DNA of 64,000 nucleotides. Origin: Mobula hypostoma (taxonomy: Eukaryota). Shown here piece after piece: positions 12,480-25,466 of this stretch. The notes beneath the pieces were generated by a model that saw nothing but the letters and a program-made list of their open reading frames with translations, had not been told where the DNA came from and made no database searches. Position 1 is the first letter of the stretch, and the number at the start of each line of letters is the position of its first letter. Position numbers and translations under genes: made by a program. Where the stretch lies: NCBI RefSeq assembly GCF_963921235.1, contig NC_086108.1, forward strand, positions 89,530,001-89,594,000, given 5' to 3'.

Positions 12480-13160
12480 ATATATAATATACACCTGCTC
12501 ATGAACACCAGGAGCAGGAGTAGGCCATCTGGCCTGTCAAGCCTGCTCCACCATTCAATAAGATCATGACTGATCTGGTCATGAACTCATCTCCAGCTAC
12601 CTGCCTTTTCCACATAACCTTTAATTCCCCTACTATGCAAAAAAAAAATTAACAGAAATATCTAACCAACTAATTATTTGGCAGCAACTCAATGCATAAA
12701 AGCATGCAGACATGGTCAAGAGGTTCAGTTGTTGTTCAGAACAAACATCAGAATGGGGAAGAAATGTGATTCTAGTGACTTGACTGTGAACTGACTTGTT
12801 GGTGCCAGATGGGGTGGTTTGAGTATCTCAGAAACTGCTGATCTGGGATTTTCACACACAACAGTGCAGAGAATGGCATGAAAAACAAAATAGTAAATCC
12901 AGTGAGTGTCAGTTCTGTGGGCAAAAATGCCTTGTTAATGAGAGAGGTCAGGGGAGAATTGCAGGCTGGTTCAAACTGACAGGAAGGCGACAGTAACTCT
13001 GATGACCACACATCACAACAGTGATGTGCAGAAGAGCATCTCTGAATGCACTGCACATTGGAGTTTGTACTGAATGAGCTACAGAAGACCATGAACATAC
13101 ATTCAGTTGCCATTTTATTAAGTACAGGACATACATAATAAAGAAGCCACGGACTGCATA
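12480..13160 (+). mobile_element. Tc1-like non-autonomous element, degraded, with a CR1 tail inserted at about 12505-12640
   Basis: Homologous to 39095-39616. Confidence 0.7.
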
Positions 13161-13487
13161 TATAGAACAAGTGTGCAAAGTCTTACCTTCCCATCTCCAG
13201 CTGAGGAAGGCATTTATATCATATGGTCATAATATTCTCATCTGATTCTGTGAGTTGGATTCTTTGTGCTCCTACCTTCAATTCTGTCCCACTTTATTGT
13301 ATTTTTTTGAGGTTATGTGTACATTTGTCAAGAATAAGTGTAGATTTCTGGAAGTCCACATCTCGCACAGCCTCTAATGATTTCAGAACACATACTACAC
13401 AATCAAGAAAGCTCACAAATGCCTTTACTTCCTGAGGGGGTTGAAGAAAGCTGTTCTCTGAACATCTGTACTTGTATCATTCTACAG

Positions 13488-16400
13488 ACAATAAGCCCGT
13501 AAGACCAAAGGCAGAATAAGGCCATTTGGCCCATCAAGACTGCTCCACCACTCCATGGCTGATTTATTATCCCACTCCGCTCCAATCTCTTGCTATCTTC
13601 CCATAACCTTTGATGTCCTCACTAATCAAGAAACTATCAACTTCTACCTTAAATATACCCAGTGACCGAGCCTACACTGCCATCTGTGGCAAATAGTTTC
13701 ACAGATTCACTATCCTCCGGCTACAGAAATTTTCCTTATCTCTATGCTAAATAAGCGTCCCTCAATTCCGAGGCTGTGCCCTCTGGTCCTAGACTCCCTC
13801 ACTATAGGAAATATCCTCTCCACATCCACTTTATCCAGATCTTTCAATATTCGATAGGTTTTATAGACAGAAACATGGAAAACCTACAGCATGATACAGG
13901 CCCTTCGGCCCACAAAGCTGTGCCGAACATGTCCTTACCTTAGAACTACCTAGGCTTACCTATAGGCCTCTATTTTTCTAAGCTCCATGTACCTATCCAG
14001 GAGTCTCTTAAAAGACCCCATCGTTTCTGCCTCCACCACCGCCACCGGCAGCCTATTCCACGCACTCACTACCCTCTGCGTAAAAAAAAAAAAGAGAAGA
14101 ATTACCTCTGACATCTCCTCTGTACCCACTTCCAAGCACCTTAAAACTGTGCCCTCTCATGCTAGCCATTTCAGCCCTGGGAAAAAGCCTCTGACTATCC
14201 ACACGATCAATGCCTCTCATTATCTTGTACACCTCTATCAGATCACCTCTCATCCTCCGTCACTCCAAGGAGAAAAGGCTAAGCTCACTCAATCTATTTT
14301 CATAAGGCATGCTCCCCAATCCAGACAACATCCTTGAAAATCTCCTCTGCACCATTTCTATTGTTTTCACATCCTTACTGTAGTGAGGTGACCAGAACTG
14401 AGCACTACTCCAAATGGGGTCTGACCAGGGTCCTTTTGAAGCAACATTACCTTTCAGCTCTTAAACTCAATCCCACGATTGATGAAGGCCAATGCACTGT
14501 TTGCCTTCTTAACCACGGAGTCAACCTACATAGCATCTTTGAGTGTCCTGTGGACCCAGACTCCACAATCCCTCTGATCCTCCACACTGCCAAGAGTCTT
14601 GCCATTAATGCTATATTCTGCCATCATATTTGACCTACCAAATTGAACCACCTCATACTTATCTGGGTTGAACTCCATCTACCACTTTTCAGCCCAGTTT
14701 TGCATCCTATCAATGTCCTGCTGTAACCTCTGACAGCCCTCCACGCTATCCACAACACCCCCAACCTTTGTGTCGTCAGAAAATTTACTAACCTATCCCT
14801 CCACTTCCTCAGCCAGGTCATTTATAAAAATCACGAAGAGTAGGGGTCCCAGAACAGATCCCTAAGGCACACCACTGGTCACTGACCTCCATGCAGAATA
14901 TGACCCGTCTACAACCATCTTTGCCTTCTGTGGGCAAGCCAGTTCTGGATCCACAAAGCAATAACTGCTTGGATCCCATGCTTTCTTACCTTCTCAATAA
15001 GCCTTGCATGGGATACCTTATCAAATGCCTTGCTGAAATCCATATACACTACATCTACTGCTCTACCTTCATCAATGTGTTTAGTCACATCCTCAAAAAT
15101 TCAGTCAGGCTTGTAAGGCATGACCTGCCTTTGAGAAAGCCATACTGATACTTCCTAATCATGTTATGCCTCTCCAAATGTTCCTAAATCCTGGCTCTCA
15201 GGATCTTCTCTATCAACTTACCAACCACTGAAGTAAGACTCACTGGTCTGTAATTTCCTGGGCTATCCCTACTCCCTTTCTTGAATAAGGGAACAACATC
15301 CACAATCCTCCAATCTTCCTGAACCTCTCCAGTCCCCATTCATGATGTAAAGATCATTGCCAGAAGCTCAGCAATCTCCTCCCTCACATCCCACAGTAGC
15401 CTGGTTACATCCCGTCCAGTCCTGGTGACATATCCAACTTGATGCTTTCCAAAAGCTCCAGCACATCCTTTTCCTTAATATCTACATGCTCAAGCTTTTC
15501 TGGCCACTGCAAGTCATCCCTACAATCGCCAAGATCCTTTTTCGTAGTGAATACTGAAGCAAAGTATTCATTAAGTACCTCTGCCATCTCCTCTGGTTCC
15601 ATACACACTTATCCACTGTCACACTTGATTGGTCCTATTCTCTCACATCTTATCCTCTTACTATTCACATACTTCTTAGAATGCTTTGGGGTTTTCCTTA
15701 ATCCTGTCTGCCAAGGCCTTCTCATGGCCTCTTCTGGCTCTTCTAATTTCATTCTTAAGCTCCTTCCTGCTAAGCTTATAATCTTCTAGATCTCTATCAT
15801 TACCTAGTTTTTTGAACCTTTCGTAAGCTCTTCTTCTTGACTAGATTTACAATAGCCTTTGTACATCATGGTTCCTGTACCCTACCATAACTTCCCTGTC
15901 TCATTGGCACGTACCTACACAGAACCCTACGCAAATATTCCCTGAACATTTGCCACATTTCTTCCATGCTTTTCCCGGAGAACATCTGTTTCCAATTTAT
16001 GCTTCCAAGTTCCTGCTTGATAGTCTCATATTTTCCCTTTACTCCCTAACTTGTCTGCTCCGACGTTTCCCTAACTTGTCTGCTCCGACCCCTCTCCAAT
16101 GCAATGGTAAAAGAGATAGAACTGTGATCACTATCTCCAAAATGTTCTCCCACTGAGAGACCTGACACCTGACTAGGTTCATTTCCCAATACCAGATCAA
16201 GTACAACCTCTCCTCTTGTATGCTTATCTACATATTGTGTCAGGAAACTTTCCTGACCACACCTAACAAACTCCACCCCATCTAAACCCCTCACTCTAGG
16301 GAGATGCCAATCAATATTTGGGAAATTAAAATATCCCTCCACAACAACCCTGTATTATTACTCCATTCCAGAATCTGTCTCCCTATCTGCTCCTCGATGT

Positions 16401-18430
16401 CCTTGTTACTATTGGGTGATCTATATATAAAGAAAAAACACCCAGTAGAGTTATTGACCCCTTCCTATTTCCTAACTTCCACCCACAGAGTCTCCGTAGA
16501 CAACCCCTCCATGACTTCCTCCTTTTCTGCAGCCGTGACACTATCTCTGATCAACAGTGCCACACCCCCACCTCTTTTGCCTCCCTCCCTGTCCTTTCTG
16601 TAACAACTAAAGCCTGGCACTCGAAGTAACCATTCTTGCCCCTGCACCATCCAAGTCTCTGTAATGGCCACAACATCATAGCTTCAAGTGCTGATCCACG
16701 CTCTAAGCTCATCCGCTTTATTCATAATACTCCTCGCACTAAAATCGTTACATCTCAAACCATCAGTCTGAGTGCGTCCCTTCTCTATCACCTGCCTATC
16801 CTCCCTTTCACGCTGTCTCCAAGCTCTCTCTATTTGTAAGCCAATCTCCCTTTCTTCCGTCAATTCAGTTCGGTTCCCAACCTCCAGCAATTCTAGTTTA
16901 AACTCTTCCCCAATAGCCTTTACAAATCTCCCCGTCAGGATATTAGTCCCCCTCATATTCAAGTGCAACCCATTTCAATGAGATCATCCTCTCATTCTCC
17001 TGAACTCCAGTGAGTACAGGGCCAGAGCCATCAAACGCGCCTCATGTGTTAACCCTTTCAACCCTGGGATAATTCTTGTGAACTTCCTCTGGACTTTCTC
17101 CAATGCCAGCCAGCATATCCTTTTTTGATAAGGGGCCCAATACTGCTTATGGTACTCCAAGGACAGTCTGACCAATGTCTTAGCATTACATCCCTGTTCT
17201 CATATTTTAGTCATCTCGAAATGATGCGAACATTGCACTTGCCTTACTTACTACCAACTCAACCTGCAAATTAACCTTTAGGAAATCCTGCATGAGGACT
17301 TCCCAGTCTCTCTGCACTTCTGATTTTTGAATTTTCAACCTCTTCTTTAAAATGGTCATGTCTTTATTCCTTCTGCCAAAGTGCATGACCATACACTTCC
17401 CTACATTATATTCCATCTGCCACTTCTTTGCCCATTCTCCCAATCTGTCAAAGTCCTTCTGCAGATTCCCTGCTTCCTCAACGCTACCTGCCCTACCACC
17501 TATCTTTGTATTGTCTGCAAATTTGGCTACAAAGCCATCAATTCTGTCACCCAAATCACTGACATAAAACATGAAAAGATGTCATCCCAAAGCCAATTCC
17601 TGTAGCACACTCACTGTTACCAGCAGTCAACCAGAAAAGACCCCCTTTATTCCCACTCTTTGCATCCTGACAGTCAGCCAACCTTCAAATCATTCTAGTA
17701 CCTTTCCCATAATACCATTGATTCATATTTTATTTAGCAGCCTCATGTGCAGCACCTTGTCAAAGATCTTTGAAAATCCAAGTACACATCATCCACCGAT
17801 TTTCCTTTGTCTATCCTGCCTGTAATTTCCTCAACAAATTCCAACAGATTTGTCAGGCATGATTTCTCATTGAGGAAACCATGTTGACTTTAGCGTATTT
17901 TATCACGTGCTTCAAAATACCCCAAGACTTCATCCTTATAAACGGACTTGAACATTTTCCCAATCACTGAAAGTCAGGCTAACTGGCCTATAATTTCCTT
18001 TCTTCTGCTTTTCTCCCTTCTTAAAAAGTTGAATAATATTTACAATTTTCCACCCCGCAGGAACCATTCCCGAATCTAGAGATTTTTGAAAGATCATTAC
18101 TAATGCCTTCACAATCTCTTCAGCTACGTCTTTCAGATCCCTGGAATATAGTCCATGTGGTTTAGATGACTTATCTACCTTCAGACTTTTCAGCTGTCCA
18201 AGTACCTTCTCCTTGGTAATAGCAATGACACTTACTTCTGCCTCTTGCCACTCTTACATTTCTGGCATTCCACTAGTGTCTTCATCTTTTATGTTTTTAT
18301 GGGGTTTTTTTGAGTTTCTTTAAGTTGATTTTTAAGTTTCCCATTGCTCTACCTTGTCACTAATTTTTGCTGTATTATATGCTCTCTCTTTTGCTTTTCT
18401 GCTGTCTTTGGCTTTCCTTGTCAGCCACGG
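13488..18430 (-). mobile_element. CR1 family A ORF2 fragment, split by a CR1-B insertion
   Basis: ORFs with FVAKFADNTKIGG and LEFRRMRG; the host sequence resumes at about 16973 (GATAGGTTT|CAATGAGATC). Confidence 0.85.
13864..16972 (-). mobile_element. CR1 family B, 5'-truncated in ORF1; ORF2 (APE endonuclease + RT) disrupted
   Basis: LHLNMRGTNIL (esterase end), AITETW, FNFPNIDW, GDSDH, LNEYFASVF; AGAAACAT tail. Confidence 0.9.
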
Positions 18431-18439
18431 CTGACTCAT

Positions 18440-18710
18440 CCCAAAGATTACTACCCTGGATTCCTGCTTTTCAGCTTTCTACCGAACTCCATATGTTCTC
18501 CCTTCAGGACCTGCTCCCTTTTCCTACCTGTGTCATTGGTTCCAATTTGCACCACAATTTTCAACTGTTCACCCTCCCCCTTCGGAATGCTATGGATCCG
18601 ATCTGAGATATCCCTGATGCTGGCATCTGGGAGGCAACATTCAACCGGATGTCTCTTTCATGTCTGAAAAATCTGCTTTCTGCTCCTCCAATTATGAAAT
18701 CCCCTATCCG
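18440..18710 (-). mobile_element. CR1 ORF1 (esterase) fragment
   Basis: Similar to the ORF1 region at 46250-46440 (CLPGA..DIS..IPKGEGEQ). Confidence 0.55.
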
Positions 18711-19399
18711 TCACTTGATGGATATACCAGCATTCTGCATATATAACCTCTCTTGGGCATTGATATATATTGTGTTTTTATTATTGTGTTCTTTATCTTA
18801 TTATGAACTTTTTTTGTGCTGAAACAGAACCTGGGTAACAATTATTTCATTTTCCTTTACACTTATGTAATGGAAATGATATTAAACGATCTTGCATCCA
18901 AAAAAGTGTATATAAAGTACTTTTTTAAAAATTTCTTTCATTCAACCCCAGGGCGAGCAGTGTTTAGATGACTCCTAATGGTTTATACTGTTTGTCTCAC
19001 CAATGTAGTAATAGTGTTAACATAAGCACCCTTGGCTTGAATGTTTACTGTTCTCTTTTTTTGCAAAATGTGGAATTAACACATGTAAAGAAAAGATCTG
19101 GGGAAATTTTGGACCAGAAAGAAATGGATCAGAAGAGATACATGGAAATTAGTATTCAACCACTATTTTTAATATTTTTATAACAACTATTATCATTATT
19201 TAGCTTAATAAAGTGGAATTACAATTGCACATAAACATCTGAGTGCCTAATTATTTTCTATATTATCTCAATGTGCACTTGTGAATGTACAAATATAGAT
19301 TTACTCGCATAAAAAAATGGAAAAGGTTATATATGTAAAAGTTTGTGTATTACTTGTGAATACCTTATCCAAATAAAAATAAAATATATATTAAAAAAA

Positions 19400-21005
19400 T
19401 TCTTTTATTCGAGATGCAGCATGGTAACAGATCCAACTGGCCCTTCAAACTTGTGCGATTTATTTACACCCAAGTGACTAATTAATCTACCAACCCAGTC
19501 TCTGAAGAAAACTGAAGCACACAGAAGAAACCCATGTGCCCATGGGAAGAACGTACGAACTCCTTACAGACAGCAATGGGAACTGAACTTGAGTCACTGG
19601 CATCATAAAGCTTTACACTGACCGCTATGCTACTGTACTTGTCCTATTATGAGTGTGCCAAGCATTTTTTAGCATAGTGACTCTTGGAATGGCATGCACC
19701 AGAAGATTGAATAGACTGCCCTGTGTTCTTTAGAGTTTAGAGTGGGAGGTGATCTCATTAAAAAGGTACAAAATGCTTATGGGCTCAATGGGTTGGATGG
19801 AGGGGATTGGATAGACTACATTCTGGGATGAGAATCTCAACCAGGGGTTGGCCATTAAGGATTGAAGATTTTTTTTCATGCATGGGATAAATCTTTGGAA
19901 GTCTGTATTCTGAAGGGCTGTAGATTCTCAGACACTTGGATCAATAGTCTTATGAATATTAAGGCAACCAAGGGACATGGAGATTCTTCAGGGAGTTGGT
20001 GCTGAGGCAGAAGATCATCCGTGAAGCACAGTTGTGGGTTCTTTAACCCAGCTTGTCCATGCTGATTAAATCCCCTACCTGAGCTAGTCCCATTTAACCC
20101 TTTTATTCCTCTAAGCCTTTCCTGCTCAAATACCTTTTGAAACACCTTTTCACTATACTAATTGCATACAACTCCACTACGTTCTCTAGAAGTTTGTCCC
20201 ACTTGCCCACCACCCTTTTGTGTGGAAAAACTTAAAGATATTGCATGAAACCAGCACACCTGGAGGTAATCCATGCGTCCTGGGGAGAAAGTACAATTTA
20301 CTTGCAGTGATGGGAATTGAACACCGGTTGGTGACTGCTGGTCCCATAAAGCATTGCATTAACCACTTCACTGCCATATTGCACTCAGGTCCCCTTAAGT
20401 TTTCTTACTCTTACCTTAAATCTATGTTGTCTAGTTTTATACTCCCTTACCCTAGGAGAAAAAGGACAGTCTCGTTCACATTATCTATGCCTCTCGTGCA
20501 TTTATATGCAAAGTACTACCTTTGCTGTGCTGCCTATTTAAAGAATAGTCAGCTGTAAAGACCAGATGCTACTCCTGCTCCTAATTCTTACGTTCTCATG
20601 TGAGAAACATCTTGGTGTGATGTAAACAAGCAGCACCATGGGAGGTCAGTGGTTAAGCTTCCTGATGGCGGTGATCACAATCGCATTGGGAAAATGATTG
20701 AGGTTGCTTCCCATGGTGAGAGACTCCAGAACGAGAGGGCACAGTCCTGGGGTAGAGGAATTTAAGACGCATATTAGGAGGAATTTCTTCTCTCATGGGG
20801 CTGTGAATCTTTGAAATTCTAATCAAGGAAGCTGCGGATGGGGCCTCATTAAATATTGAAGGCTGAGACTACAAGAGGAATTGAGTGCTATTGAAATAAG
20901 TCATGAAATTAGAACTGAAGCCAATGATTGGGTCTGCTACATTCTTACTGAATGGCAAAACAGCCTTAAAAGGTTTGTGGCTTGTTTTTCCTACAGCTTT
21001 TATGT
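19400..21005. mobile_element. Cluster of V-SINE fragments (-, about 19400-19637 and 20228-20360) and old CR1 3' fragments
   Basis: GGAATTGAAC reversed B-box and ACTCCTTACAGACAG core; decayed CR1 tails. Confidence 0.55.
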
Positions 21006-21360
21006 TGCATTAATATTATTCAGGACAAGATGTTTAAAGGAAAGATTAAACTAATGCAAAGAACATTCCATAAGACCATAAGGCCATAAGACAGGGGAAC
21101 AGAATTAGGCCATTTGGCTCTGTCCTTCCATCATGGCTGACTTATTATCCCTCTCAACCCCACTCTTCTGCATTCTCCCTGTAACCTTTGAAGCCCTTTT
21201 TAATCTGGAAACTATCAACCTCCCACTTTAAATATACCCAATGGCTTGGCCTCCACAGGTGTTGCCATGATGAATTCCACAGATTTGAATTTCACTTCTA
21301 GCTAAATAAATTCCTCCTCAACCCTGTTCTAAATAGACAGCACTCTGGTTCTAAACTCCC

Positions 21361-21787
21361 CGGTGGTGCAGTGCTAGTTGGAGCACACCCAGCACATCCT
21401 TAAGAAAAAAGCCAAAATAAACAAGCTAATTAATTAGGTGCCACCCAGGGTGATTTAAGTATTTCAGAAACCGCTGATCTCCTGGGAGTTTTATGCACAA
21501 CGGACTCTAGAGATTACAAAGAATGATGCCAAAAACAAAAAAAAAAATCCAGCGAGTGGATTTAACAAGATGTTTTCACTCACAGAACAGCCACTCGCTG
21601 GATATTTTCTTGTTTTTGGCACCATTCTTTGTAAACTCCAGAGTCCGTTGTGTATAAAAATCCCAGGAGATCAGCAGTTTCTGAGATACTCAAATCACCC
21701 TGGGTGGCACCTAATTAATTAGCTTGATTATTTTGGCTTTTTTCTTAAAGGTGGGCCGGGTGTGCTTCAGCTAGCACTGCACCACTG
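21361..21787. mobile_element. Fold-back MITE with hAT-type ends
   Basis: About 200-bp inverted arms (21361-21559 and 21591-21787), C(A/G)GTGGTGC..GCACCACTG termini, 8-bp TSD AAACTCCC/AGACTCCC. Confidence 0.8.
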
Positions 21788-22224
21788 AGACTCCCCACTA
21801 TATGAAACATCCTCCCCACATCCACTCCATCTCGGCCTTTCAATACTTGATAAGTTTCAATGAGATCCCACCATTTCTTCTGAACTCCGGTGAGTAGAGG
21901 CCCAGAGCCATCAAATGCTCCTCATGGGTTAACCCTGTCCTTCCCCAAATTGTTTGTGAACCTCCTCTGGACCCTTTCCAATGACAGCACATCTTAGATA
22001 AGGGGCCCAAAACTTCTCACAATAATCAAGTGCAGTCTGCCCAATACTTATAAAGACTCAACATTACATTCCTTGCTTTTCTATTCACGTCATTCTCAAA
22101 TGAATGCTAATATTGCATTTACCTATTTACCTTCTGTATTACCGATTCAACCTGCAAGTTAATCTAGAGGAAATCCTGAACTAAGGCTTCCAAGACCTCT
22201 GATTTCTGAATTCATTTCCTGTTT

Positions 22225-22675
22225 AGATAGATAGATACTTTATTGATCCTAAAGGAAATTACAGTGTCACAGTAATATTACATATGCACAGATACACAAA
22301 TATTAGAAGAGAAGAAAGAATTAATAAAAAAAGTTACCATGAACAGTCTAACAAGAGGGGTTATCACTTCCCTGGCTATAGGTTGACTCATTATAGAGCC
22401 TATGGCCAAGGGTAAGAATGACCTCACATGGCATTCTTTGGAACAGTGTAGTTGTCTTAGTCTATTACTAAAAGTGCTCTTCTATTCAGTCAAGTGTGAC
22501 GTGTAAGGGGTGAGAACCATTGTCTAGAATTGCCAGGATTTTCCATAGGGTCCTTTGCTCTGCCACAGCCTCCAGTGTATCCAGTTTGACTCCTATAACA
22601 GAGCCAGCATTTCGAATCAATTATTAAGTCTGTTGACATCACCTGTGTTGAAGCCATTGCCCCAGTACAGCACTA
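22225..22675 (-). mobile_element. Rex1/Babar-like LINE 3' fragment
   Basis: (GATA)n-CTTTATTGATCC tail; interrupts CR1-A. Confidence 0.6.
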
Positions 22676-24741
22676 GAGGAAATTGTACAATGCTTTTATT
22701 TAGATTATAGTCCACACTTTAATTCCTTCTATCCAAGTACATTACCATACACTTCCCTACACTATATTCTATCTGCCACTTCTTTGCACATTCTCCAAAT
22801 CTGTCCAAGTCCTTTTACAAAATCCTTGCTTTGTCAACAATACATTCTTCCCCCCCCCCCCACATCTTTGTATCATCCAGAAACTGGGGTACAAAGCCAT
22901 CAATTCTGTCATCCAAGTTATTGACCTGAAAAGTAGTGGTCTCAACACCGACGCCTCTGGTACACTACTGATCACCAGCTGCCTACCAGAAAAGACTCTC
23001 CTTACTCCCACTCTTTACTTCCTGCCAGTCAGCCACTCCTCTGTCCATATTACCATCTTACCTGTAATGCCATGGGCTTTTATCTTGATAAGCAGCCTCC
23101 TGTCCAGCACCTTGTCAAAAGCCTTCTGAAAATCCAAGTAAACAATAGCTACTGACTCTCCTTTGCCTATGCTGCCTGTTATTTCCTCAGCAAATTCCAA
23201 CAGATTTCCAGCATGATTTTCCCTTACAGAAACCATGCTGACTTTAGCATATTTTATCATGTGCCTCAAAGTACCCCGAAACTTCATCCTTAATAATGGA
23301 CTCCAACATCATGACGTCAGGCTAGTTGGCCTATATTTTATTTTCTTCTGCTGCCTCCTTTCTTAAAGAGTGGAGTGACATTTGCAATTTTCCATTGCTG
23401 CAGAGCAGTTCCAGAATCTAATAGTTCTTGAAAAATCTTTTCACAATCTCTTTAACTACCTCTTTTAGAACCCTGGACTAGTCCATCTAGTCCAGTTGAG
23501 TTATCTACTGTACCCTCAGACCTTTTGGCTTCCCAAGTACCTTCTCCTTAGTAATAGGAACTACACTCACATCTACCCCCTGACACTCTTGAATTTCAAG
23601 CATTCTGCTAATGTCTTCAACAGTGAATACTGATGCAAAATACTTTTATCTGCCACTTATTTGTTCCAAATTTGTATCCATCCAACATCTTTTTCCTGCG
23701 GTCCAACATCCAATCTTGCTTCCTCTTTTCGCTTTATATATCTGAAAAAACAACATTCTGTATCTGAGTTTATATTATTAGTTAGTATATCTTCAGATTT
23801 AATCTTTTCTCTCCTTGTGGCTTTTATTGTTGCCTTCTGTGAGTTTTTAAAAGCTTCCCAATCCTCTAACACCACACTACGTTTGCTGTATAAAATTTCC
23901 TTTCTTTTTCTTTTATGCTGACATTGACTTCCCTCATCAGCTATGGTTGCCTCAATCTCTCTTGATAATACTTTGGGATGCATCTATCCTGTGCCTTCCA
24001 AAGCTCCAGCCATTGCTCTTCTGTGATCATCCCTGCTAGTCCCTTTCCAATGAACATGGGCCAGCTACTCTTTCATGCCTCTGTAATTGCCTTTGCTCCA
24101 CTGGATTACTGATAATTTGACTTTATCGCCTCCTGCTCAGACTGCAGGATTGTTTCTATCATAATCTGACCACTGACTCCTAAGGGTTCCTTTACCTTAA
24201 GCTCCCTAATCAGATCTTGTTCCTAACACTGTACTCAATCCAGAATTATCTTTTTCCCAGTGGGTTCAACCACAATGTGCTCTAAAAAGCCATCTCGTGG
24301 GCTTTCAACAAATTCCCTCTCTTTGGTCCAGCACCAACCTGATTTTCCCAATCCACCTGCATATTGAAATCCCCATCACTATTGAAATATTGCCCTTTTT
24401 ACATACCTTTTTAATCTTCTGTTGTAATTTGAATCCCACATCCTAGCTACTGTTCAAAGGCCTGTATATAACTCTCATCAGAATATTTTTTACCCTTACA
24501 GCTTCTTAACTCTATCTACAAGGATTCTACACTATATCTATGCTGCCTTTTTCTAAGGATTTAATTTTTTTCAACTGAGCCACACCACCTCCTCTGCATA
24601 CCTGCATGTCCTTTGAATACATTATGTATCCTTGAATGTTAAGCTCCTAACTGTGATCCTCTTTCAAATGTGACTGGGCAATGTAGTGATTTCCACCATA
24701 ACTATGGATGTATCATTTTGATTTTATTGTATTTTTGTTAT

Positions 24742-24945
24742 TTTAAAGATACTGCTCAATTATACCCATGTGACTAGTTAACCTACTAACCTGTACGTCT
24801 TTGAAATGTGGGACAAAACTGGAGCAGTGGAGGAAACCCACATGGTCACGGGGAAATTGTACATACTCCTTGCAGACAGCAGTAGAATTGAACCTAGGTT
24901 GCTGGCATTGAAATTGTGTTACACTAACCTCTATTATTGTGCTGC
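24742..24945 (-). mobile_element. V-SINE (tRNA head plus V-domain)
   Basis: Reverse complement of 26906-27190 family; GTGGGTTTCCTCC core. Confidence 0.75.
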
Positions 24946-25212
24946 ATGGAAGCAAAGTCTTCAGTGAATTCATTGGACATATCTATTGTAGTAACAATAA
25001 TAACAAATGCAGTCACTGGGGGGAGGGGAAAACAGATTTGCATATAGTCATACTTTATTGATCCTGGGGGAAATTGGTTTTCGATACAGTTGCACCATAA
25101 ATAATAAATAGCAATAGAACCATAAATAGTTAAATAGTAATATGTAAATTATGCCAGTAAATTATGAAATAAGTCCAGGACCAGTTTAAATAAAACTAAA
25201 CCCTAATTCTAA

Positions 25213-25466
25213 TTTTTTTTTGTGTGTGTGCCATATTCTGCCGGAGCCTCAGCGATTGCTTTTTCAAGTGGTTGTCATGGAGGAAAGATTCTGTAAGTGG
25301 TCCCCCATGTCCTTCTCACAGCGCAGTTTTTTTTTATGAGGCCGAATTGCGAGCTCGACACTCAACCCCGCAGGGATGAAAAGCGTGCCCGGGAGCGGCC
25401 CCACTGGATTCGAACTCAGGAACCTTCGCTCCGGAGACCAGCGCTGATGTCACTGCACCACCAGCC
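25213..25466 (-). mobile_element. tRNA-derived SINE, CpG-rich
   Basis: Minus strand: A-box TGGTGCAGTGA, B-box GAGTTCGAATCC, (CA)n-A8 tail. Confidence 0.75.

Larger units (their letters stand above)
21070..24665 (-). mobile_element. CR1 family A ORF2, degraded, with two nested insertions
   Basis: IVYLDFQKAFDKV in ORF 23015-23287; CCATAAGA tail at about 21070. Confidence 0.85.

Noticed and set aside
25395..25466. tRNA gene
   Set aside because: A and B boxes are present but I see no full cloverleaf, and it continues into a SINE body
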